A stretch of DNA of 64,000 bases, from the NCBI GenBank assembly GCA_963664475.2, contig CAXXXE010000007.1, positions 672,587-736,586 on the forward strand. The letters run 5' to 3'. Position 1 is the stretch's first letter. The number at the start of each line of letters is the position of its first letter. The translations under genes and the position numbers were made by a program. This DNA is from Desulfatiglandales bacterium. GTDB lineage: Bacteria > Desulfobacterota > DSM-4660 > Desulfatiglandales > Desulfatiglandaceae. The notes below the pieces were generated by a model. It saw nothing but the letters and a program-made list of their open reading frames with translations. It ran no database searches and was not told the origin of the DNA. Positions 1 to 9,924 of the stretch are shown piece by piece.

Positions 1-1338
1 GTTCTCTCGTCCCGGATGGATCTCATGCTTTACAGTTATGACGCCTCTCTTGAAAGAGGGGAGCCGGATGTGGTGGTATTGCCGAATTCCACGGAAGAGG
101 TCTCAAGAATCATGAGGTTGGCCTATAACGAAAAAATCCCTATCCTGGGAAGGGGATCAGGAACCAATCTGACGGGAGGCGCCATTCCCGTAAAGGGTGG
201 GATTGTCGTGCATTTCTCCCGAATGAATCGGATCCTGGATTTGGATATCCCCAACCGCACGGTCACCGTTCAACCGGGAATCATTACCCTGGATTTGCAA
301 ACGGAAGTTCTCAAAAAAGGGTTTGTTTATCAGCCCGATCCCGCCAGTCAGAAGGTCTCCACCATCGGGGGAAATGTGGCCGAAAATTCCGGAGGTCCCC
401 ACTGTTTGAAGTATGGGGTCACATCAAATCACGTTCAGGGGCTGGAACTGGTCTTAAACGATGGGACCATTGTGAAAACCGGTGGTAAGGCCTGGGATAA
501 ACCCGGGTTGGACATCACCGGGCTTTTTGTGGGAAGCGAAGGCACGCTGGCCCTGGCAACCCAGGCTATCCTCAAACTGGAGCGCGCCCCCGAGGCGGTT
601 AAAACCATGCTGGCCATCTATGAAACCATTGAAGACGGCGCCAATACGGTCTCGGCCATTATTGCGGAAGGCATTATCCCCGCAACCCTGGAAATGATGG
701 ACAACCGTGTCATGCGGGTGGTGGAAGAGACTATTCATGCGGGCTACCCCCTGGACGCGGCGGCAGTCTTAATCATCGAGCTGGACGGCATGCCTCAGGG
801 GATGGATGAGAGTGCGCTGAAGATCATGGACATCTGCAAGCAAAACAACGTTCGGGAAGTTAAACTGGCTAGGGATGAAACGGAGCGCGCGACCCTGTGG
901 GCAGGCCGGAAAGGCGCTTTCGGCGCCGTAGGACAGGTCAGGCCCAGTTACCAGTGCTGCGACGGCACGGTGCCCCGCACCAAACTGCCGGAGGTCCTCA
1001 AAAAGGTCATCCGCATTGGAGAAAAATACGATCTGCTCATCGGGAATGTGTTTCATGCGGGCGACGGAAACCTTCATCCCCTCATCATGTTTGATGAAAG
1101 GGATCCAGAGGAAAAAGCACGGGTGCAAATGGCGGCCACGGAAATCCTCAAAGCCTGCGCCGATGCGGGCGGCACCATCAGCGGTGAACATGGCGTGGGA
1201 CTTGAAAAACTGCGGGAAACGTCATTCATCTTTTGCGAAACGGACCTGGCATTCGAAAGAACCCTGAAACAGGCCTTTGACCCGGACAATATCATCAACC
1301 CGGGGAAAATGATTCCCGAAGCCGTCTGCCGACCATAA
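1..1338 (+). CDS. glcD: FAD-linked oxidase, glycolate oxidase subunit GlcD-like (5' end probably outside the window)
   Basis: GRGSGTNLTGG FAD motif, PDPASQ, GGPHCLKYGVT, HAGDGNLHP and GEHGVG motifs; frame is open back to base 1. Confidence 0.85.
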   Translation, partial: VLSSRMDLMLYSYDASLERGEPDVVVLPNSTEEVSRIMRLAYNEKIPILGRGSGTNLTGGAIPVKGGIVVHFSRMNRILDLDIPNRTVTVQPGIITLDLQTEVLKKGFVYQPDPASQKVSTIGGNVAENSGGPHCLKYGVTSNHVQGLELVLNDGTIVKTGGKAWDKPGLDITGLFVGSEGTLALATQAILKLERAPEAVKTMLAIYETIEDGANTVSAIIAEGIIPATLEMMDNRVMRVVEETIHAGYPLDAAAVLIIELDGMPQGMDESALKIMDICKQNNVREVKLARDETERATLWAGRKGAFGAVGQVRPSYQCCDGTVPRTKLPEVLKKVIRIGEKYDLLIGNVFHAGDGNLHPLIMFDERDPEEKARVQMAATEILKACADAGGTISGEHGVGLEKLRETSFIFCETDLAFERTLKQAFDPDNIINPGKMIPEAVCRP

Positions 1339-1344
1339 AATCCC

Positions 1345-2808
1345 ATGAAGGAGTTTTCAAAAGTGAAAAATTTCGAGGAAATCATCAATGAACTGATGGA
1401 TATGGTGGGTCGGGAATCGGTCATGGTTGAACCGGACCGGCTTTCCGAATTCAAGGTGGATCACCTGACCCCCAAAGCAGTGATCTTTCCCAAAAACACA
1501 GGGCAGGTTTCAAATGTGGTTCGCCTGGCCCATGCCGACAACCTGGCCCTTATCCCGCAAGGCAGCGGCGAATGGATGGCCATGGGCAATCCACCAAAGC
1601 GTCTGGATCTGGTTATCTGCACATCAAAAATGAACCATATCATCGATGTGGACACCGCTAACCTGACCATCACCGTGGAATCAGGCGTCAAATTCAGAGA
1701 CATCCAGGCACGGCTGGCGACCCAGGAGGATCGCTGCTACCTCCCCCTTGAAGATCTGGGAACGGAATCGGACGACGTCATCTGCTCAGACCGGTCCCAC
1801 AGCGGCAGTTTTCTGCCCATCGATCCACCCTGCGCGGACATTGCCACCATCGGCGGCATCATCGCCACCAATGCGGGCGGCCCCCGCCGGCTGCTTTATC
1901 GCCTGCCAAGGGATTTGATCCTGGGGGTGCGCATGGTAACCCCGACGGGGGATATTCTCGGTTCAGGGGGTAAAACCGTCAAAAACGTATCGGGTTATGA
2001 CATCTCCAAACTGGTTGTGGGGTCCCTGGGAAGCCTCGGCATCATTTGTGAAATGACCTTCAAACTCCTTCCCCTGCCCGAAAAAATGGAAACATGCCTG
2101 TTCACTTTCGAATCCTTTGCCGCCGCATCGGCTTTTGCAAACGGCATCTTTGACACGCCCCTTCTGCCCGCTGCGGTGGAAGTAATGAGCAGTGCTGCTA
2201 TCCGCAGTTTATCCATAAATGGGTTCCCGGATTTTTCCTCAGACGCCTTTGTCGTGGCCGTTGCCCTGGAAGGTTTCGTGTCGGCCGTGGTCCGCATGGC
2301 AACCGATATAACCGCCATGGCCAAGTCCCACAACGCCATCGAGAACAGCCCTCTTGAGGACCACCAGCATCAATCCTTCTGGCTCGCGGTGAGCAACCTT
2401 AGCCATGCTCTCGGAGACAAACATCCGGGGCTTGTTTCCATGAAGATGACTTGTCCCATTTCAGAATGGTCGGCCATGATCCATGCCTTTGAAGATGCCT
2501 TTTCCCAGATTCCCCTCCCCTATGCCCTGCAAGCCCACGCCGGGAATGGCATTTGCCTGGGCCATCTTTTGCTGGATGGAAAAGACGACAAAATCATGGA
2601 AAAAGCCGTTGACACTGTAAACCGGTTATCGAATCATTATAATAAAAAGGACGGTTCACTGGTGGTTCAGCGGGCTCCCTCTCAATGGAAAGAAAATCTC
2701 AATATCTGGGGAGACCCGGGTTCTGCGTTTCCCATCATGAAACGGCTCAAGGAAAAGATTGATCCTTTGGGGATTATGAATCCCGGGCGGTTTGTGGGAG
2801 GCCTGTGA
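1345..2808 (+). CDS. glcE: FAD-binding oxidoreductase, GlcE-like (alternative GTG start at 1363 after AAGGAG)
   Basis: GGKTVKNVSGYDISKL, HAGNG and C-terminal DPLGIMNPGRF; follows glcD. Confidence 0.75.
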   Translation: MKEFSKVKNFEEIINELMDMVGRESVMVEPDRLSEFKVDHLTPKAVIFPKNTGQVSNVVRLAHADNLALIPQGSGEWMAMGNPPKRLDLVICTSKMNHIIDVDTANLTITVESGVKFRDIQARLATQEDRCYLPLEDLGTESDDVICSDRSHSGSFLPIDPPCADIATIGGIIATNAGGPRRLLYRLPRDLILGVRMVTPTGDILGSGGKTVKNVSGYDISKLVVGSLGSLGIICEMTFKLLPLPEKMETCLFTFESFAAASAFANGIFDTPLLPAAVEVMSSAAIRSLSINGFPDFSSDAFVVAVALEGFVSAVVRMATDITAMAKSHNAIENSPLEDHQHQSFWLAVSNLSHALGDKHPGLVSMKMTCPISEWSAMIHAFEDAFSQIPLPYALQAHAGNGICLGHLLLDGKDDKIMEKAVDTVNRLSNHYNKKDGSLVVQRAPSQWKENLNIWGDPGSAFPIMKRLKEKIDPLGIMNPGRFVGGL

Positions 2809-2814
2809 GATGCC

Positions 2815-2845
2815 GGAGGTCAGAAGTCGGAAGTCGGAGATCAGA
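2815..2845. repeat. Intergenic heptamer tandem repeat (RGARRTC x4)
   Basis: GGAGGTC AGAAGTC GGAAGTC GGAGATC between glcE and glcF. Confidence 0.6.
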
Positions 2846-2874
2846 ATAAGCGACATCAGAAGGGGTGCGATACT

Positions 2875-4017
2875 ATGAACATTGTTCAACTGAAAAAACT
2901 GTTCTATGATGAAGTGGTCAAATGCAACAAATGCGGGTTCTGCCTGCCCAGCTGCCCCACCTACAATGTGACCGGGAAAGAATCCTACTCCCCCAGAGGG
3001 CGGAACGCCATCACCCGTTTCGCCATTGAAGGTAAGCTGCCGTTGAATGACGATACGGAAACGTCTATTTTTACCTGTCTGGGATGCGGCGCCTGCACCA
3101 GCGTATGTCTTTCCAGCGTCCAGACCAAGGATCTCATCTTTCAGAACCGGGAGTGCCAGGTGGACGTGGGGTTCTATCCGAAAATCGTGGATCGCCTGGT
3201 CAAAAGCATTGAAACAAAACGTAATATTTCCGACGATGATCCGGAGGATCGCAATGAATGGCAGGCGCTGATCAACTTGTCCGAGGGCGCTCTGGAGAAA
3301 GAACACGCGGATGTGGTGTTCTTTGTAGGATGCGTGGCATCCTTTTTTCCCCTGGTGCAGAACATTCCCGCCAATATGGTCAGGATTATGCGTAAAGCAA
3401 AAATTGACTTCACCATTCTCGGCGGTGAAGAATGGTGTTGCGGGTTTCCCCTGGTGGGAGCGGGGATGCCGGATAAGCTTGAAGAAATGAAGGCCCATAA
3501 CCTTCAAAAGGTGGCCGATGTGGGCGCCAAAACCATCGTTTTTACCTGCCCGTCATGTTTTCATACCTGGCGGCATTTCTATGAAACCGACCTGAAACTC
3601 ATGCATTCCACCCAGTTGATGGCGGAATTGATCCGGGAGGGGAAGATCAAATTGACCCGAGAACAGAACATCACCGCCACTTACCATGACCCCTGTGATC
3701 TGGGTCGCAACACCGGCGTATATGAAGAACCCCGCCAGGTGATCCGGGCTATTCCCGGGCTCACATTTACCGAGCTCCCCATGAACCGCAAATTCTCCAT
3801 TTGCTGCGGCGGCGGTGGAAATGTTGAAATGACCGATCCGGAACTTTCAGCCCGGATAGCCCAGATGAAGTTGGATGCGGTGCAGGGCACGGGCGCTGAC
3901 ATGGTAATTACCGCCTGCCAGCAATGCGTGCGAACCATGGCCTCCCGGGTTCGGCGGCGGAAGATCAATTTGCTGGTGAAGGATCTGACGGAACTGGTGG
4001 TTGAGTCCATGGGGTGA
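2875..4017 (+). CDS. glcF: Fe-S/CCG-domain protein, GlcF/HdrD-like
   Basis: Two CxxCxxCxxxC motifs, two CCG domains (EEWCCG, CCGGGG), YHDPC. Confidence 0.75.
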   Translation: MNIVQLKKLFYDEVVKCNKCGFCLPSCPTYNVTGKESYSPRGRNAITRFAIEGKLPLNDDTETSIFTCLGCGACTSVCLSSVQTKDLIFQNRECQVDVGFYPKIVDRLVKSIETKRNISDDDPEDRNEWQALINLSEGALEKEHADVVFFVGCVASFFPLVQNIPANMVRIMRKAKIDFTILGGEEWCCGFPLVGAGMPDKLEEMKAHNLQKVADVGAKTIVFTCPSCFHTWRHFYETDLKLMHSTQLMAELIREGKIKLTREQNITATYHDPCDLGRNTGVYEEPRQVIRAIPGLTFTELPMNRKFSICCGGGGNVEMTDPELSARIAQMKLDAVQGTGADMVITACQQCVRTMASRVRRRKINLLVKDLTELVVESMG

Positions 4018-4060
4018 AAGTCGGAGGATAAACAACAGACAACTATTTATGGAGATTAAA

Positions 4061-5245
4061 ATGCGCTTTGACATGAAACAATTCAGAGATATTGATCCCG
4101 GTCAGAGGGTCCTCATGGGCCCCGGACCCAGCGATGTGCCCCCCCGCGTGCTGCAGGCCCTGTCCGCGCCCTGTATCGGGCATTTGGATCCCGCGTTTCT
4201 GTCCATCATGAATGAAACCCAGGATCTTTTACGGTTTCTCTTCGAGACGGAAAACGAGCTGACCATTCCCGTATCCGGAACTGGCAGCGCTGGCATGGAA
4301 ACCTGTTTTGTGAATCTCGTGGAACCCGGCGATGACGTGGCCGTGTGCGTGAACGGGGTTTTTGGAACCCGTATGTGCGACATCGTCAATCGCCTCGGCG
4401 GAAACCTCATTCGAATCGATGCACCATGGGGAAAAACCATCGATCCCAACAGGGTTCGCGAGGCCATCAAAGGAAGAAATCCCAAGGTCCTGGCCATTGT
4501 TCACGCTGAAACATCCACCGGTGTTTGCCAGCCCCTGGAAGATGTCAAGACCATCGCCGGGGATTCGGGTGCACTCTTTTTGGTGGATATGGTGACTTCC
4601 CTGGGCGGTATGCCGGTAGCCCTTGACAAAATGGGGATTGATGCCGCCTACAGCGGCACCCAGAAATGCATCTCCTGTCCGCCGGGTCTCAGCCCCGTTT
4701 CCTTCAGCCCCGCTGCCATGGATGTGCTGAAACAGCGAAAAACGCAGGTTTCCAGCTGGTATCTGGATATGAGTATGCTGAACAGCTATTGGGGAAATGA
4801 ACGGAAATACCACCACACGGCGCCCATCAACATGACCTATGCCTTGCGGGAAGCCTTGCGGCTTATCGCGGAAGAAGGGCTTGAAGCCCGTTTTGCCCGT
4901 CATATGTTGAATCACCGCGCTCTGGTGGCCGGGGTGGAAGCCATGGGGCTGTCCATGCTGGTGGCCGAAGGGGAGCGATTGCCCATGCTGAATGCCATTT
5001 GTATTCCGGATGGCGCCGATGATCTGAAGGTGCGCAAAGCGCTCATAACCGATTTCAGCATGGAAATCGGCGGCGGACTGGGGGATCTGGCTGGTAAAAT
5101 ATGGCGGGTGGGTCTCATGGGGCATGCTTCCCGGCGCAAAAACGTGGTCCTGTTCCTTTCAGCCCTTGAGACCATCCTGAAAGGCCAGGGCGCAAATATC
5201 ACCGCGGGCCATGCCCAGGATGCCGCCGCATCCGTTTACTCGTAA
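4061..5245 (+). CDS. Alanine-glyoxylate / serine-pyruvate aminotransferase (class V PLP)
   Basis: LMGPGPS, VHAETSTG, YSGTQKC (PLP lysine), YHHTAP; GGAG RBS before ATG 4061. Confidence 0.9.
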   Translation: MRFDMKQFRDIDPGQRVLMGPGPSDVPPRVLQALSAPCIGHLDPAFLSIMNETQDLLRFLFETENELTIPVSGTGSAGMETCFVNLVEPGDDVAVCVNGVFGTRMCDIVNRLGGNLIRIDAPWGKTIDPNRVREAIKGRNPKVLAIVHAETSTGVCQPLEDVKTIAGDSGALFLVDMVTSLGGMPVALDKMGIDAAYSGTQKCISCPPGLSPVSFSPAAMDVLKQRKTQVSSWYLDMSMLNSYWGNERKYHHTAPINMTYALREALRLIAEEGLEARFARHMLNHRALVAGVEAMGLSMLVAEGERLPMLNAICIPDGADDLKVRKALITDFSMEIGGGLGDLAGKIWRVGLMGHASRRKNVVLFLSALETILKGQGANITAGHAQDAAASVYS

Positions 5246-5268
5246 CCGGGTTTTATATCCGCCCCTAC
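5246..5268. repeat. Degenerate GTAG-type REP-like palindrome
   Basis: CCGGGTTTTATATCCGCCCCTAC between convergent genes. Confidence 0.4.
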
Positions 5269-5555
5269 GGTTTTGCGGCGGACGCTTTCTTGCTTTCGAT
5301 GGTCGCCTGCTTATCCAGGCGGTCATCAATCTTCAAATCCACCACCACCCGTCTGGCCCCTTCTTTCACATGGGCCGCATGGACGGCCTTGACCAGCTCA
5401 AACAACGCATCCAGGTCCGGCACTTCAATGGATGTGCTCATGCCGCCCACTTCGTATTTGTAGCCGGACTGCTTGATCACGGCTACGCCTTTTCTGACAA
5501 ACCGACCCAGGCTGGTCCCTTCCCCGATGGGATGAACCGATAATTGTGCAATCAT
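5265..5555 (-). CDS. MTH1187-family thiamine-binding protein
   Basis: MIAQLSVHPIG...YEVGGMSTSIE...LKIDDRLDK pattern; GGAG RBS upstream of 5555. Confidence 0.8.
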   Translation of the reverse strand: MIAQLSVHPIGEGTSLGRFVRKGVAVIKQSGYKYEVGGMSTSIEVPDLDALFELVKAVHAAHVKEGARRVVVDLKIDDRLDKQATIESKKASAAKP

Positions 5556-5584
5556 ATGTTTCTCCTTTTTTTGTCTTTTACCAC

Positions 5585-5613
5585 TTGACAAATCGCACAC
5601 AACTGTACGATTT
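5585..5613 (+). promoter_or_regulatory. hicAB promoter with overlapping operator palindrome
   Basis: TTGACA at 5585 overlapping inverted repeat AAATCGCACA-CAAC-TGTACGATTT. Confidence 0.5.
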
Positions 5614-5620
5614 ATAAAAT

Positions 5621-5836
5621 ATGAACGGGAACGAACTGCTCAAAAAACTAAAAAAAATCGCCAAAGAGCGAAAAGTAAACCTGAAACGGATCAAGTGTCA
5701 CGGCAAGGGAAGCCATGGGACCCTGTACTTTGGAGGCAAAAAGACAACCATGAAAGATCCGAAAAAAGAAATCGGGCCAGGCCTTCTTAAAGCAATGCTT
5801 GACAGGCTCGGCCTGGAAAAAAAAGATATTGAATAG
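5621..5836 (+). CDS. hicA: HicA-family toxin
   Basis: 71 aa basic protein with GKGSH motif and EIGPGLLKAML, upstream of hicB. Confidence 0.85.
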   Translation: MNGNELLKKLKKIAKERKVNLKRIKCHGKGSHGTLYFGGKKTTMKDPKKEIGPGLLKAMLDRLGLEKKDIE

Positions 5837-5845
5837 AGGTGGAGC

Positions 5846-6271
5846 ATGAGAACATTTATTTACCCCGCAAAAATTGAACAGGACGAGGAAGGTTTTTTCC
5901 TTGTCACCTTCCGTGACATCCCTTTTGCCGCGACCGATGGAAAATCACTTGAGGAAGCTTTGGAGAACGCAGTTGACTGTCTTTGTGAGGCATTGGCTTC
6001 ATGTATTGCCGACAACGAGGATATCCCCCTGGCAAGTGAGCCTGGGGCTGACGAACACCTGATTGCTCCGACTGCCTTGATCGCTGCCAAAGCGGCACTC
6101 TATACGACCGTTACATCCCAAGGTTTGAGTAAGACGGCCCTGGCGGGTATCCTCGGGGTGTCAGAGACTGTCGGCCGCAGGCTCCTTGACCCGCACTATC
6201 AGACAAAATTGATCAAGATTGATCATGCCCTGAATGCTATGGGTAAAAAAATGGTGATAGGGATTGCATAG
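5846..6271 (+). CDS. hicB: HicB-family antitoxin with C-terminal HTH
   Basis: YPAKIEQDEEGFFLVTFRDIP..TDG..LEEALENA N-terminus plus HTH. Confidence 0.85.
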   Translation: MRTFIYPAKIEQDEEGFFLVTFRDIPFAATDGKSLEEALENAVDCLCEALASCIADNEDIPLASEPGADEHLIAPTALIAAKAALYTTVTSQGLSKTALAGILGVSETVGRRLLDPHYQTKLIKIDHALNAMGKKMVIGIA

Positions 6272-6363
6272 GCACCATCAAGTGTAACACCAAGGCTGGA
6301 AATACCAAAATTTTAAAATAGCGCTTAAAATGTCCGAAACAAGTGGTCCTCAGGGTTTTTCGT

Positions 6364-8685
6364 TCATTTGTATTCATGGATATTTTTCTTGAATGATTTA
6401 CCTTCAGCTGCTGATCTCAGGGTTTTGGCGACAATTTCCGCTGTTCGATCCCAACTGAACCGCGCCTGATAGACTTTCCGCTGACCCGAAATATATTGAC
6501 GAAGCGCAGTCTGGTGTTTGAGGGCACGATCCAAAACAGTCATCAGTCCATGAACATCACCTGGAGGAAACAGATATCCATTCAAACCGTCTTCAACAAG
6601 GTCTGGTACGCCACCCATGCGGGGACCGACCACAGGACACCCGGCCATGAGCGCTTCAGCCAGAACCATGCCAAAAGACTCTCCCGGTATCGTACTGGAC
6701 ATGACCATTACAGCAGCGGAGGCATACCAATCGGCCAGTTCTTTCCGAGATGCAACATAACCCATATACCTTATTCCCGTTTCGTCCGTCTTACCTGAAC
6801 CCTTCCGGGTGTGGCCGATCACAACCAGCTCCAGGTCAGGCCATTGGCTTCGCAATTTGCGCCAGGCTTGTATCAGAATCTCAAACCCTTTGCTTTTTAA
6901 GTCCGGCTTTCCAATAAACAGAAGGTATGGCGTCCGCGCAACACGGCGGCCCTCGGCCATGGCGGGCTCCACACCCGGCGGCGCCGCGATGACTTTCAAA
7001 TCCAAGCCGCGAAGGTAAGCCGACTGAGCCGCAAATGTCCGCGAAGACGTCAGAAAAGCATTACAAAGGCTGAGGGAGCGCCTGGCAAAGAAACGGTGAT
7101 AAAAAAATCCGGCGGTTATTTTAAACCACCCCGGCCCTGTCACATCACTGTGGTACATTATGACGGCAGGGATGTCAAAATCCGCAGCAGCGCGAAGCAG
7201 AAAATCACTAATCCACGGAACCGTGTGATGAACGTAGACCACGTGCGGTATGGTTTTTCGAAGAATGTTTCGGATCTCTTTCCGCCAGGCGGGGTGAAGC
7301 CCCGCCGACATGCATCTGAAAGACGCCGCCGACAGTCCGGGGGTGCCTAAACCATCGCCGGACAGATAGGAAAGCGACATGGGGTATTGGCTTTCCAGGC
7401 GCGAACACACTTCGTAGATGTATTTTTCCGCCCCACCCATTTGAATATTCAGAAATTGAGAACCCACCAGCACCTTAAGCGGCTGCGTGGATTGGGGGCC
7501 ATCATTCGTGCCCATAAAGGACCGATCCGTGAAAATCGATCTTTTTTCTGTTTTGCGAAGCGTCTGCTCAAAGGCGTTGAAAGTACTTTCAGCCGTTTTT
7601 CGCCACGAAAATCGACGGGATTGCACCAGTCCCTTTGCCACCCATTGGCGTCGGTGTAGGGGATTTCCGGCCAGGTCTTCCAGTATCGCCGCCAGGCCGT
7701 CCGCATCGTTCGGATCTTTCATGAAGAGAGCGGCGTCTCCCGCCACTTCGGGCATGCTGGCCTCCCGGGTGGTCACCACCGGGCATCCACAGGCCATGGC
7801 CTCAAGAATGGGAAGCCCGAACCCCTCGTAGCAACTGGGAAAAATTAACGCCAGGGCGCCGGAATACAGCAGTGCAAGATCCTCATCTCCCACATAACCG
7901 AGAAACCGGACCTTTTCCCATGAGATTTTTTTGAGCCATCCCGACCATCCCACCACCGCCAAGGGCACGGTAAGATCTGCCCGATCAAGGGCTTCGGGGA
8001 TAATGGGCATGTTTTTCCGTGGATCGCCGCTGCCCACAAAGAGAAAATATCTATCAGGCAGTCCGTGGCGAATCAGACAATCTTTAATTTTCATGGCCGG
8101 TCTGGGGTATAAAACTTCGGGATTATACCCCAAATAAGTAACGGTTGTATTTTGAGGACTGATGTTCAGATAGTCTTTCATTTCCTCTTTAATAAAGGTT
8201 GAGATGGTCAGAAACCGTTTAACCCGTTTACATCTGCGGTGAAAAAACAACCTTGAATAGAGTACCCGCTCTCGGGGGTGATGTTCGGGAAACCGGATGA
8301 GCGAAAGATCCGTCAGGGTAAACACGGTTTTTACATGGTCCGGTGTCGCAAAAGGGAAAAACGCGGCTTCATGGTAAATATCAAAATTACCCGCCAACCT
8401 GCGAAAGCGCCGCTCCTGGTCAAAATGAAACAGCAATCGAGCCAATAAGGCGGGATAAGCCGGGAGTCGCCAGAAAAAGGAGATCAGATTGGACCAGCGG
8501 GTCATATTTTCGGGCCCTGAAGGCATGGTTGGGGAAACCTTCTTCCCATTGAAATATCCGATTTCCAACCTGTCGCCATAATCTTTTTCCAGGGCCTGGT
8601 ATAAACAGCGTAAATACCGTCCGATGCCGGTGTTGACATTGGCCATGGGAAAGGCATTGACTAAAATTTTCATTTTAGGATTCAT
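6364..8685 (-). CDS. Tandem double family-4 glycosyltransferase
   Basis: Two GT4 signatures (EGFGLPILEAMACG and ESFGMVLAEALMAG) in one 773 aa ORF. Confidence 0.85.
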   Translation of the reverse strand: MNPKMKILVNAFPMANVNTGIGRYLRCLYQALEKDYGDRLEIGYFNGKKVSPTMPSGPENMTRWSNLISFFWRLPAYPALLARLLFHFDQERRFRRLAGNFDIYHEAAFFPFATPDHVKTVFTLTDLSLIRFPEHHPRERVLYSRLFFHRRCKRVKRFLTISTFIKEEMKDYLNISPQNTTVTYLGYNPEVLYPRPAMKIKDCLIRHGLPDRYFLFVGSGDPRKNMPIIPEALDRADLTVPLAVVGWSGWLKKISWEKVRFLGYVGDEDLALLYSGALALIFPSCYEGFGLPILEAMACGCPVVTTREASMPEVAGDAALFMKDPNDADGLAAILEDLAGNPLHRRQWVAKGLVQSRRFSWRKTAESTFNAFEQTLRKTEKRSIFTDRSFMGTNDGPQSTQPLKVLVGSQFLNIQMGGAEKYIYEVCSRLESQYPMSLSYLSGDGLGTPGLSAASFRCMSAGLHPAWRKEIRNILRKTIPHVVYVHHTVPWISDFLLRAAADFDIPAVIMYHSDVTGPGWFKITAGFFYHRFFARRSLSLCNAFLTSSRTFAAQSAYLRGLDLKVIAAPPGVEPAMAEGRRVARTPYLLFIGKPDLKSKGFEILIQAWRKLRSQWPDLELVVIGHTRKGSGKTDETGIRYMGYVASRKELADWYASAAVMVMSSTIPGESFGMVLAEALMAGCPVVGPRMGGVPDLVEDGLNGYLFPPGDVHGLMTVLDRALKHQTALRQYISGQRKVYQARFSWDRTAEIVAKTLRSAAEGKSFKKNIHEYK

Positions 8686-9884
8686 TGGTTACGATTACGT
8701 CCCATATGTTGCTTAAGCCCAAAAAACAGGACAACGGTCATAAAGATTTCGGTAACAATCGTGGCCCATGCCGCTCCTTTGCCGCCGTATTTGGGGATAA
8801 GCAATAGGTTGAGGGCAATGTTTAAAAGCGCCGAAAAACCGGCAAGCATTGCATAGGGCCGTTCAAGGTTTTGAGCGACCGCTCCCTGAGCCAGAACCCC
8901 CTTGGGAAGAATGAAGATCAACGCAAAGAGAAGCCATGGCAGCAATTGGGCTGATACGCCGTAGGCTTTTCCAAAGGAGAAATTCACAATCCTTTCGCAG
9001 AATGGTGCGGCCATTGCGGATACCAGGCACCCCAGCGCCAGCATCAGTACACACATTTTTCCAATCTGACGTTCAAACAGACGTTTATCCATCCAGACCA
9101 ACCGCAACTTTCTGAACCACACAACGCGCAATGGAGCCGCCATCAATACAATGCCGTCCAGAAACCGGTAAGCCGCGGCATAATATCCCACCTCAGCATT
9201 ATTTCCAGCCATAGCCAACAATATAATATCGCAGCGATAATACACTGTTGTGGCCGCATCAATGGCCATAAATCCCAAACAGGCGCGACGAATACCCTGG
9301 ATGCCGAAACCCTTAAAGGCCGGCCTTTGAAGGGGAACCGGGGACCATAACAGGCATAACAGCAGACCCGCTGCCCAGCCGGCAAAGATGATCCAGATAT
9401 CCGTACCCACCAGGAATAGGGCCCCTAAAATACCCAGGGCGCCAAAGGTCCGCACAAGGGTCTGCCAGAACGCCTCCCGGGGAAACCGACCTTCGCTTTT
9501 CAGCGACGAAGAAATGAAGTCGGCCACTGCCTGAAGCCCAAAGTATAAAAAGGCCGCCAGAATCCCCATGCGATACTGAAATGGCAGTACCAGAACGCAA
9601 AAGGCCCCTGCCACGGTTGCAATTACCGTATGGCCAAGCGCCCATGGAAACAGGAGATCCTGATGTCGCGCCATGGCCAGGGTGGGAAGGGTCTTCTCGC
9701 GGAAAATAAGCATTTTGAAACCGCCATCCTGGAGGATCAGGAAAAGGGCGGCCAGGGTCAACACATAACTGTAACGGCCAAATGCTTCAGGTCCGAGTAC
9801 ACGTCCCAGCAGAAACGTAAGGAACACGGATACGCCGGCCGTGTAGGTGGTGGCCAGCCACTGGCTTATCAGGTTCCGTTTCAT
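8682..9884 (-). CDS. Wzx-like polysaccharide flippase
   Basis: Many TM segments, RVLGPEAFG, VGYYAAAYR, LIPKYGGKGAAWAT. Confidence 0.8.
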   Translation of the reverse strand: MKRNLISQWLATTYTAGVSVFLTFLLGRVLGPEAFGRYSYVLTLAALFLILQDGGFKMLIFREKTLPTLAMARHQDLLFPWALGHTVIATVAGAFCVLVLPFQYRMGILAAFLYFGLQAVADFISSSLKSEGRFPREAFWQTLVRTFGALGILGALFLVGTDIWIIFAGWAAGLLLCLLWSPVPLQRPAFKGFGIQGIRRACLGFMAIDAATTVYYRCDIILLAMAGNNAEVGYYAAAYRFLDGIVLMAAPLRVVWFRKLRLVWMDKRLFERQIGKMCVLMLALGCLVSAMAAPFCERIVNFSFGKAYGVSAQLLPWLLFALIFILPKGVLAQGAVAQNLERPYAMLAGFSALLNIALNLLLIPKYGGKGAAWATIVTEIFMTVVLFFGLKQHMGRNRNQ

Positions 9885-9924
9885 GGCAAAGCAGGATGCG
9901 ATATTGCGTCTCTTGCCAGATAGC

